A stretch of 58,663 bases of DNA, filler included, from Sphacelaria rigidula (lineage: Eukaryota), in assembly GCA_964200075.2 (NCBI GenBank). It is 3 parts of 3 records of this genome, joined end to end, with 100 filler letters (N's around TTAATTAATTAA, not from the genome) between each part and the next. Parts side by side here need not be neighbours in the genome. Positions count along the whole stretch, not along the records: positions 1 to 19,489 come from CAXNAA020000658.1; positions 19,590 to 39,077 come from CAXNAA020000659.1; 1 more part is not named here. The stretch is one strand, 5' to 3'. Below, piece by piece: positions 9,833 to 19,810 of the stretch (position 1 is its first letter; the number at the start of each line of letters is the position of its first letter). A program made the translations under genes and the position numbers. Below the pieces are notes generated by a model, which saw only the letters and a list, made by a program, of their open reading frames with translations, was not told the DNA's origin and did not search any database.

Positions 9833-12800
9833 ATGTTGTTGTCGTCGATGCGACGCATAACGGCCTTCTGCTTGTTAACAAGAGGGACTGCAAAGATCCC
9901 CTCCACTGCCCTAGCATTTTCTGTCCCATACGGATTTGACGGAAGGGGGTGAGTGAATTTGTTGTCATTTTTTTAGAAGAGCCAGCGCAACTCCACTGTT
10001 GTACTACGAGTACTCTCTCTCGAATTTCAGTGCGTCTGCAGTTCAACCCCCTGCCAGCCTAGTGCTCGTCGTTGCACACGACCTCCCGTGCACAGTGCTG
10101 GGTTGCCGTGGTTGGCTGTAGCCGTGTGCTCATTTCTCATCGTGTCTGGTGCTATCACTGTTGCTTGCTGGCGTTGCCCCTGCAAACTGTTGCGTCAGTA
10201 CTGCAAGTCGCAGGTCCGAACGCGGCGGAATCTTTTCGATGAAGTCGACCGACCTGCGCTTGCAGACAGCCGAGCCACTGCTTGCAACACAGCAAAAGCA
10301 GGTGCACCAACACGAGCTGCACGTTGTAGCCCGATTCCCAAGGGATGATGTCGATGCGAAGGCGAGGTGAGACAAACCTTTGAAACCTCAGTTTGCGAAA
10401 TAAATACAGACGGAAAGAGTTCTGAGATAGGATGGCAATGTTGCCCGCCGCACAGCCAGCTCTCTCCTGCTGCGTGCGGGATATCTAAAGATGTGGCAGC
10501 CAAAAAAACATGTACAGTGTACAGTCCCGCGAGTGATTAGAGCATGCTTTTCGTTTCTTCTTGACAGTATTTGTGTTTCCCCACTTTCTGTGAAAAGTGC
10601 TCGAGTAAAGCCCCGCCTCCCTGAGATCCCCGCCCCCCCCCCCCACCCCCCCCCTCTCTCCGGGAACGGTTGGGTGACTGGAACAGATTGAATTCGCTTT
10701 CATCAGCGATAAAGGCCAAGCACGGCGACAGAGTCGCGGTAGAGGGCCGGGTTGGTATTTGCGAGGATGAGGGGAACATCGATCTGGATGCGAGGTGCCA
10801 AAAGCTAGACGGGTGGGCAGAAGCTTGTAGTGAGACCAACCTCCCCACGTTCGTGTTCGAGAAGGAGGGTCTAACGATAGACGAGTACCACGCATACGGC
10901 AGCGCCTCCTATGAGGATGAGGTGCACAAAAGGGTGGATGCTGCGCTCTCCCTCTCTCGGCTGGAGGACGTCTGTGAGTCGACCCCCTGGGTGGTCGTGT
11001 GCTGTGTGTGTGGTGACGGATCGGTCGGCCTCATTTCAACACCCGAAATTGTTATCAATCAGTTCGCTATACCGTGCACTTTCATCATCAGTCGTACTCT
11101 AGCCTGAGCACTTCGTCCGGTTCATAACACTCGAAAGTGTGTAGTGACATCGAGCTACGCAAGCGTACGGCAGCGTGTCTCCTGACTCCCTTGGAATATG
11201 AAAAGGTGGGCTTCACATGCAGCTCAAGGAAGTGAATTTTTCGGGGAGCGTTTGTTACTGCGTTTCAAACCCCGTAACTGCAAAATGTTTGCGTAGGTTC
11301 ACTGCAAGAAACTCTCGTTGAAGTCAAGCCAGCACACCCTGGACGATACATTTTATTGTAAAAAAAATGTACAGCGTACAGTATGGAATCTATTGTCTAT
11401 TGCAATAGGCGCAATAGTCGATACTGTACGCAGTACACTACTTGATTGTGTTTTCTATTGTCCAGGGTATGCAAGCCAGAAACTTTTACTCTAACATACA
11501 TGCATATACCCGGACTATTTGGGACCACGATACAGGACTACTTCGCAAGCAAGCACTTCTCTTGAGGTCTCAAATATCAGTCCGTCATTTCATACGGCGA
11601 GTGTAGTGTGCGATCGCTCCTACAGTAATGATCCCCCAAAACTCTTCGCGGTCTATGTGGCATTGGGTGACCGCGTAATAGAGTCTTCACCAGTACGACA
11701 TACCTCAGTGCGGACATACCTAAGATAAAAAAAAGTATGGTAAGAGTACCAATGCTGAGGCACGGTTGAGTGGTCGCTAAAGGCCCGTCTTAACAGGAAC
11801 AAGAAAAAGTCAAGAGCAAAGCGAGTGTCCATAAGCAGCGTGTTGATAAGTCGCCACAACATCACGAGGCGGGGTGATGTCACGGCGACCAATCAACATG
11901 CTGCTTTTGTACGCTTGCTTTGCTCTTGGCCTTTTTTTGTCCCCTTAAATAGGCCTTAAGCTGGTTCTGTCGACTTATTTCATTTAATATCCTCTCCGTG
12001 AGAGGAATCGGACACCCTCTGCTCAATAGTCTAGGCACTGCCTGCGCGATGTTTGGCGCTGCTTGATTGAGTTCATCATAGAGTGACTGTTGCTGTGCTT
12101 TACTGTGCTGTGCTGTTTTCGTCGAATGGACTTTCCTCATGGACCAAGTTCGCCGGTGTGATACATGTTTTTAACTTCACGCCTTACATGCCCGCCCTGG
12201 TGCTTGCGTGCAGCGACTATGAAAGAGCTGTGGTCTCCGGATGTAGAGGGCGGGCACTATCGTGACGAGATGGCCGTGGCCACGTACGCAGTGCAAGTGG
12301 CCAGCACCGTTGCCAGAGAGTTGCAAGCGGAACTGTGCAAGCAAGGCGCCATAAGGTATTCCCATTCTGTCTGCTTCTGCGGGTGTAAGATACCTTGCCT
12401 GTCATGAATGCTCCCTTCGCGCTGGTTGTATGTGCTGTGCCGGAGTATGATCCCCTTACCCCATACTACTGTACACCATCACGCTTTCGTGTTCTCCTAC
12501 TGCCTCCCACCGGCACTTACTCCGTCGTCACTCGGCTCCGTGACCGTTCTATTACTCCGATTCCGCGTCATATTTTCATTCTGTTCTGCAGCAAGATGGA
12601 CTCCTCCCCCGTGACCGTGGGCGACTTCAGCGTACAAGCCATTGTCCTGCACATCCTCAACCGTTACTTTCCCGGCTACGGTTTCATTGCAGAAGAAACC
12701 TCCTCGGTTCTCCGACAAGATCCCGCCTCCCTTGCCGCCGTGTTGGAGGTTTTCAAGAAAACTATACACCCTGATCTGACGGAGGACGAACTATGTGCGG

Positions 12801-15800
12801 CTATCGATCTCGGCGGCAGGGGACACGGATCCCTCGGGCGGGTGCGACCGGGACGGGGAGGATGTACATGGGTGCTTGACCCCATCGATGGCACCAAGGG
12901 GTTCCTCAGGGGCGAGCAGTTCTGTGTGGCGTTGGTGAGAGAGCCTGTAGGACAGATTTCTTGGAGCCATTCGCACCGAACCGGTCGGTTGTGTCTTTCG
13001 AAGTCCACTGGGTTCCGTCACCCCTCGCAGTGAGCTGTCTTCGGCGTTTATTGCCTGCTTACTATTCCTACTGTATAGAATTTTGAGGGGCAATCTGGAT
13101 TGGTGAGCGTATTTCTGTGTGTAACACCCTACATGGGTGTCGTCGTTGCTTGAATCTGAAGTGTGGCCACGCCACGAGTTCTCCTCTCTCTTGACACTAG
13201 GTTCCATCCTCCCACCGCCGACTTCACCGAAATCGCGTATTTCAGGGCCTACTCGAGAGCGGCAAGGCCGTAGCAGGGATCCTGGGGTGCCCCAATCTGC
13301 CTGTGAGCAATGATGCTATGCCGGCGGGTAGAGGTGCTCCGGCTGCTGACGCCGACATGAACCGTGCATGTGGTGCCAGGCGAGTTAGTTCCCGGGTGTT
13401 GCTGCCACAGGGTAAACGACAGTACTTGCGAATCACGAACATGTCTTGGATACTGTCACGTACTACTAGCATGTGTGTTGACTGCGGTGACTGGAGCTTT
13501 TGGACCCAAAATTCTTGTCAGAGGTTTGTTGCTGATTTTTGCTTTGCCTTTGTTGCGCAGGGGGGTGGTATACAGCGCAGCTGTTGGAGAAGGTACCTTC
13601 GTCAGGGCACTTTCGGGCGCGGGCGACGACACTCGACGAGTCATGGTGTCGAGCGCAAAAAAACCGTGCGACACTCGGGTGTTGGAGTCTGTCGAGTCTG
13701 GTCACACGTCTCACGGGGTGGCCGCGAAGGTGTGCTCTGATCTGGGGATAGAACTTGCCCCGATCAGGATAGACAGCCAGTGCAAGTACGGGATGCTGTC
13801 TGAGGGACAGGTAAGCCCTGCTGTTCGGGCTGTGGTTTTTGCAGACAACGACACGCTCGTGCTGCCGTTGTACGGACCGTTTCAGTTAGGCCCCTGGCCA
13901 TTTTTTTGACGCGCTTGTCAGATTTCCCCAAAATCAAAGCCGAAGTGCTTGCGACGGACTTCCGAGATCTGTTGTTCCTACGTGCTTTTTGTCTGTTGAC
14001 CAACGCACGCATTGTTTCAACAGGGAGGAATCTATCTGCGCCTGCCACGCTGGGGCTATGTGGAAAATATATGGGACCACGTTGCAGGGTCCGTCGTCAT
14101 TCGGGTGAGCTTTTTCATACTGAATATGAACGTTGAGCTTGATTGGGAGTGTGTATGGGCTAGTATGTCTTCTCTTGTGTGCGGTAGCGGTAGCAGTTGA
14201 CTGCGCATTCTACGACCGCCGCTTCATATGCAACCCCGCTGATGATGCTGGGCAGCATGCATACTCAACGACGGTGACGCTTGTTCTGTCGCGACTTGAT
14301 CCTGACACACGCTGGGGATGAGCAGGCAAACGGAAGCACATTTTTGCTGAGTATCGCGTAATGCTTCGGGGCTTGTCCTTGACTTGCGCTCACGTCCGAT
14401 GTGCAACACCGAAACCTCTGAAGACACCGGAGTGTGCGGTCGGTGTTTTGTCGTTCCGACCACATGCGGGCTTACTCACCATCTTATCAGGAGGCCGGAG
14501 GCAAAGTCACAGACAGCCGAGGAATGCCGCTAGACTTTTCTCTCGGCGCTAAACTTCCAAGAGAGGTGAGTCAGTACCGTTCTTGATGGAGGCAAGAACA
14601 CCGCTTGTTGCAGCGGTAGCGATTATATGCTGCGGAGTCGCAGGACAGTATCAGAGTTCGCAACGCAGCATCACTATTATACCTACATAAAGGGCTGATG
14701 GGGTAATCCATGAAGTAGCGCTGCTCATGTCGACATACGTCCAGGCTTTTGCTTTCGAGCTCCGTACTAGAGACGGTCTTTGGTCTGCTTAATGACACCA
14801 TGGTGATGGAAAGCACAGTATTACACGCATGGGATATGAAATATTCAAGTCTCCGGAAACCGATCGCACCCTCGAGTTTGACTGCCTTTTCAGCGCCCGA
14901 GGTACTAGCTTTGGTTACTGCACACTTCTGTTCACTTGCGCACCGTTCGCTGCGACGCGTGTTTGCTTCAAACGCATGCATGATACGCCCCACAGGTGGT
15001 GGGTGTAGTGGCCACGAGTGGTAAAATACATGCGGAAGTGGTCCGTGCGGTAGGAGGCAGGCAAATTGAGGATTGGGCCCGGGTTGTCGCAGAAGCTAAG
15101 GGCCGGGGTCAGGCCAACGGCGAGATCGCCCCGCGTCTTCCCGGGGTGGACTGGTCGTTCGGCCTGGGCGAGAGCGACGACAGGATGAGCGACGAGTGGT
15201 GGACCTCGGCTGTTGAGCAGCAGCAGCCTTTGGTCATGCGGACGAGCTATCAGTTCTATGGTGCTCTTCGGCGGTACGTACTCCCGCGTTTGATTTGAGG
15301 TTGAGAAGCATCTATAATTGCGCACTAAAAGTAGTCCTAATGTTTAAGTTACCTCTGGCTACATTCGTGAGAATCACTGCATGTGTCTGGACAAGCTTGC
15401 CTGTCTCATCTACTTGCAATCTTAACTCCAACTGTTCGCGCCGTGGACGTATCCTCCTCCATTTATATTTTGCCCCAAGGTCGCCCGTGATTCACGTGTC
15501 CGGCTGACATCCTCGCGCTGTCCAACAGACGCCAACCTATCCGGCCATACGGTGCGATAGATGATACAATCGTTTGTTACTGCCTGAATCATTAACCCTT
15601 GTGTGCGGGGTACCTGGGAGTGATTGCTACGATGGGATTAACGGGCGTGATTCATGTCTATTCCGTTTTGCAGGGGCTGGGATAAGGTGGTGGTGGTATT
15701 GTTTCACGGCAGCTGGACGCAAGAGTCGCAGCACGCGGTGGGCCTCATGCAACACCTCGCCGGGCGGCGACATCAAGGACGAAGCCGCTCAGACGAACCC

Positions 15801-16091
15801 GACAACACCCACGACACGAGCGATAGAGGGAGTCTCGGTGCAGCAACGGTCGATGTTGTCTTTGCGGAGGCCGACGTGATGACACTCATCGACGTCGCGG
15901 ATCGACAAGCGATTGCTGCGCTGCCGTCGGTGCACCTGCACCTGGGGGGGCGGGAGGTAGTGAGGTTCCCAGTGAAGCGAAATGAAAGCGTTGAGTCTCT
16001 AGGTGCCAGAATAGATGAGGTGGCGAGCACGATTCAACGCATGTCAGAGTTCACGGCTACACAACTGGCAGCCGCGGCGGCCGCCCGGTGA
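9833..16091 (+). CDS. HAL2: HAL2/SAL1/MET22-type 3'(2'),5'-bisphosphate nucleotidase (inositol monophosphatase family) with N- and C-terminal thioredoxin-like domains and a possible organellar leader
   Basis: Phase-consistent exons 9833-9948, 10199(or 10214)-10366, 10687-10973, 12214-12355, 12592-12934, 13246-13379 (GC donor), 13561-13810, 14024-14104, 14491-14565, 14996-15273 and 15674-16091. Family motifs: SPVTVGDFSVQAIV, FIAEE, WVLDPIDGTKGFLRGEQFCVALGLL, GILGCPNLP, ESVESGH, DSQCKYG, IYLRLP..ENIWDHVAG..IREAGGKVTD. The catalytic core is secure; linkage of exons 1-3 and the last exon rests on phase and splice-site fit. Confidence 0.85.
11781..11956. mobile_element. Palindromic (foldback) MITE-like element / long hairpin in a HAL2 intron
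   Basis: Two ~85-bp imperfect inverted arms around an 8-nt loop (…ACATCAC gaggcggg GTGATGT…). Termini AGGCC…GGCCT are flanked by TAA on both sides (PIF/Harbinger-Tourist-like TSD). Confidence 0.7.
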
Positions 16092-17415
16092 ATGACTCGT
16101 CATGATTGTTTAGTGTGTGCGGTGGAGTATGCGTTCGCACCGAGCTCACGGAGTTTTGTTTGCCCCCGTCAGGAAACTGCAGGGTTTCCGTGTGTGTGTG
16201 TTTCAAGACGATGGCTGTCGTCACCTTGTGATTCTAGAATGCAACCGCAGCACGGAGAGCGCTTGATGAGCGGATTTTGTTGTCAGGTGTTGATGAACCT
16301 ACATTACCAGCATATATGTATTTTGTGCGTTTGGAGTTGATGACTGCGCCAAAGACCATGCGTTTGAGCGTTGAGTTAGAGTAGTGGGCACGGAAGTAGA
16401 GCATACTTGTAGCCGGGCACGAGAGAGTGCTCGCTGCGCAGTCATAGCTGCAAGCGATCCCTATTTTTCCGAGGAAAGGTTCGTATGTACAAAGGGGGGC
16501 ATGTGGCACTGGGAGACCATATTTTGCGCTTTTCAAGGTTGTTTTCAGGCTCGTGTCATCTGCAACGTGGTGCTCAAGCGGTTGAGTCAGCCACGTGTGT
16601 TGGCTGTTGTCGGGGGTTTTGTTTCCTCTCGGGGGGGGAGGCTGTATTTTTTGCTTGTCATATGCAATTGGGCGTACGCGTCCACAAGGAGGGGTGGCGA
16701 TGTGGGGTATGTGGACACGTCACTGTACATAAACGGTGTCATTTTAGAGGCACCTACGACGTCCATACCACCGATGGAATTGCTCAATGAAAATATGTGT
16801 TGTGAAGCGGCTATCATGAAGGTTCAAGCGTAAGATGTGGCCACTGCTGGGATACCAAATGTGTGCATTTGCGTCCATCACTGCAAACGAGGACCGACAA
16901 CGTTTTCGTGAGATTCAGAGTAGCGCGCTGACTGAGAGTGACTTTGATCATTCGCTTTGACTTGGCCAATTCTTCATTCCGTGTGTGCTTTTCTTTGCCT
17001 GTGTCACTGGTGTGTGCTTACAGCTACACGTCGACATTCTACTGAGGGATATCAGGGGCTTCAGTGGCAAGCTACTACAGAAAGCATATCGGGTCTCGCG
17101 GAGAGGCATTCCGGAACTGAAACGATTCATTCACCAATGGACCGCTTCTCGCTGATCGCATCCTCTACTTTCAGCCTCACGAAAACGTTGTTGACCGCAT
17201 TCAGCACTCAGCACACTGCTCAAGAGATGGTGGATGACGATGAACGACTTCTTCCACAAAACGCACATTCATTCCCATGCTGTTCCTATGCACAAAATAT
17301 ACCCGAAAAATTGGGTGTCCTGATCGTGTGTACCGACCTCCCCTAACCCGCGAACGCATTACCCTCGCTATGCATGGATAATCTCCGCCGGTACACGGAT
17401 AATCTTTCATCACCA

Positions 17416-17982
17416 CTACCAGCCCGCGAGCACAGCCCTTTGCGTCTCCAAATCCATCCTCGTGTACCCCCCAAGCTCCATAGTGAAACTCGCCTCTCCA
17501 GCCGAGATCGACCGCAAGGTCGTCGCATACCCCAACAACTCCCTCAGCGGCACCCTCACGCGCACCTCGTGTCTACTACCTACCCCAGATTCTACGTTCC
17601 GATTTTGAAGCCCTCGTTCAGCCTGCTCCATCCCCCTCATCCTCGCCTCGAGCGAATTCTTCAATCCTCCGTTTCTAGCCGCCGGCAAATCGACGGACCT
17701 TATCTCAGCCCTCCGATTGGCCGTGAGGTCGTTCAACACGGTTCCCACATGGCTTTCCGGCGCCCACACCTCTGCATCCATGACGGGTTCTAGGAGCCCG
17801 CCACCGGCATCACGCACGGCTCGTGCTACCGCAGAGGCCGCGGCGAAGCGAAGCGCGCCCGGGGTGGTGCGGTCGCCATGCTTCGTGACAGATATCACCG
17901 ACAGTACAAGGCCAGCCATGGGGTAGCCGCCTGCAGGTCCGCGGGAGAGTGCATCGCGAAGTCCGCCCTGAAGGGCATCCAT
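17416..17982 (-). CDS. GFM2: Terminal exon of an elongation factor G-family gene, most like mitochondrial EF-G2 / ribosome-releasing factor 2 (domains IV-V); rest cut off by the assembly gap
   Basis: The acceptor CCCCCAG precedes MDALQGGLRDALSRGPAGGYPM…LLEPVMDAEVWAPESHVGTVLNDLTANRRAEI…VPLRELLGYATTLRSISAGEASFTMELGGY, then a stop. Weak upstream exon candidates lie at ~18134-18195 and ~18829-18963. The GTPase domain is not in the window. Confidence 0.8.
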   Translation of the reverse strand: MDALQGGLRDALSRGPAGGYPMAGLVLSVISVTKHGDRTTPGALRFAAASAVARAVRDAGGGLLEPVMDAEVWAPESHVGTVLNDLTANRRAEIRSVDLPAARNGGLKNSLEARMRGMEQAERGLQNRNVESGVGSRHEVRVRVPLRELLGYATTLRSISAGEASFTMELGGYTRMDLETQRAVLAGW

Positions 17983-19489
17983 CTGGGGGCGAGAACAAGG
18001 GGAATTCGGAGGATAGTGAGGGCTCATGCTCCGGAAGGGTTGATGACTGTCATCTAGAGGACAAGCTCTTCGCCAGAGAAGCTGGGAAAGCGTTGAGCGT
18101 GCTGTGCATTGGTGGGTAGTGCTTGGTCGATACCGTCCCCTGCTCAGGCGGCGAGAGGCCCCCACAAACTGTGTTCTCGTTGCTTCTAGGGCTCGCTGAA
18201 ATACTAGTAAATGGACGCCCGATGTACGGTGCGGGGGTGCATTCGCGATGTAAGGGGGAAATATCAAGTTGGAGTTTTATACAGGCAAAAAAGCGCTCCG
18301 CATTTCTTTCTCGCGTGCGGCTACTGGTGCTCCTTTCCCTCGGTCCAACATCCACCGCAGCATCTCATATCACAGGGGGGAAACACCGAACTTTTCGTAT
18401 CGTACCGTTCTTGTACTTTCTGCAGCAAAGCCAAACGTTTCACCATGATTGTCCTTGCATAGAAAGTTCATTTTTTACCCACACGGCTCCGCAGGAAACC
18501 ATCACAACTTGTGTTGGTGCAATAATGGCGAATGCATGACACAGAGGTGTCGGCGGGTCAAGGCCTGGAAGCGCCTGCAAATGACCAGCGTTGTGGTGAC
18601 AAGTGCAGTGCCCCCAAATTTGCAGTTGCAGGCCGTAGTGAGATCAACTTTTAATCTTGCGACAAATATAAGTTGCACTTGTATTTCATTCTTGTATCTG
18701 AATTTCATAACCATTAATGAGGTAGAACCGACTGGCTTCATGTTAATGCAGGACTGTACTGTATTTGTATACTGGAACGACTCTACTGCCGTCTGTCGTG
18801 CTGACTGCAGCACGGGAAGCAAACGTACGCTGTCTCGCTTTCAAAGACGAGACCAACTGCGGCGTAGAATCTGCTGTGATTCAAGAGGAGAATTGTTTGA
18901 TAGCCGAGGGGAAACCTCATCGTCGCGTCGACTTCTAGCGCCCACTCTGTTTGCTGTGCAATCCTGATCACAAGTGACCTCGAACAAGGGCTGCGTTGAT
19001 TTATTTTCCCAGATCCCTTCTTTTAACCAACAATTGAGCATTTTCTAACGATTTGTGTCGAAGCCGCACACCAGAGGCCAGTTTCAAACCCAATACTACC
19101 CTTAACGCGCCCTGGGCGAAGCAGAGAACTACTCGGGAAGTACTGCAGGCAATCACGGTTGAAAAAAAGAGACCAAACCCTCGTACTGGCGAGTCGTATT
19201 AGCATACCGTAAGTTTGCTGAAGCCGTTTTGTATTCCCACTTTCCATTCCCTGGATTACGCCACCGTGTACAACCGTTCTGCCCAAATTTGGCACATTGC
19301 GCGCAGCTGATAATGAAAAAACGAAAGTCGATCATACGCCGTCGAATTAGGGGAGGGGGTGTACTCATGATCTTGCATGCCATAGTCGTATGACCATTGA
19401 CCTCGCATCCCTACAAAGCCGGGAAGGAGCACGCCGGATTTTCGCAGGGGCAGGCTCGCAATGAATCACCAACCGCGAAGGGCCGTGAT

Positions 19490-19589
19490 NNNNNNNNNNN
19501 NNNNNNNNNNNNNNNNNNNNNNNNNNNNNNNNNTTAATTAATTAANNNNNNNNNNNNNNNNNNNNNNNNNNNNNNNNNNNNNNNNNNNN
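19490..19589. other. Assembly gap with artificial six-frame-stop spacer
   Basis: N-run containing TTAATTAATTAA. Genes on either side (EF-G2-like, ABCA) are both truncated toward it. Confidence 0.95.
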
Positions 19590-19810
19590 AGGTCAATGGT
19601 GTTGTGACTATGCTGTGCATGATCATGAGTACCCCCCCCCCCCCCCCCCCCCACCCCCACCCCCTGCATTTTCGTAACTAGGATAGGCTACAGAGAAAAT
19701 GAGTGCTCAGTCTCAACAGGGGTGCGCGGGTGATAGTCAAATGACTTGAGGCAAGCAACAAATGGGTACCCCCCCCCCCCCCCCCCCCTGCATTTTGTCA
19801 ACGACGACAG

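Noticed and set aside
19490-19589. TTAATTAATTAA palindrome inside N-runs (also 39078-39177)
   Set aside because: Artificial contig-joining spacer with stops in all six frames. Apparent EF-G2/ABCA adjacency is not evidence of linkage.
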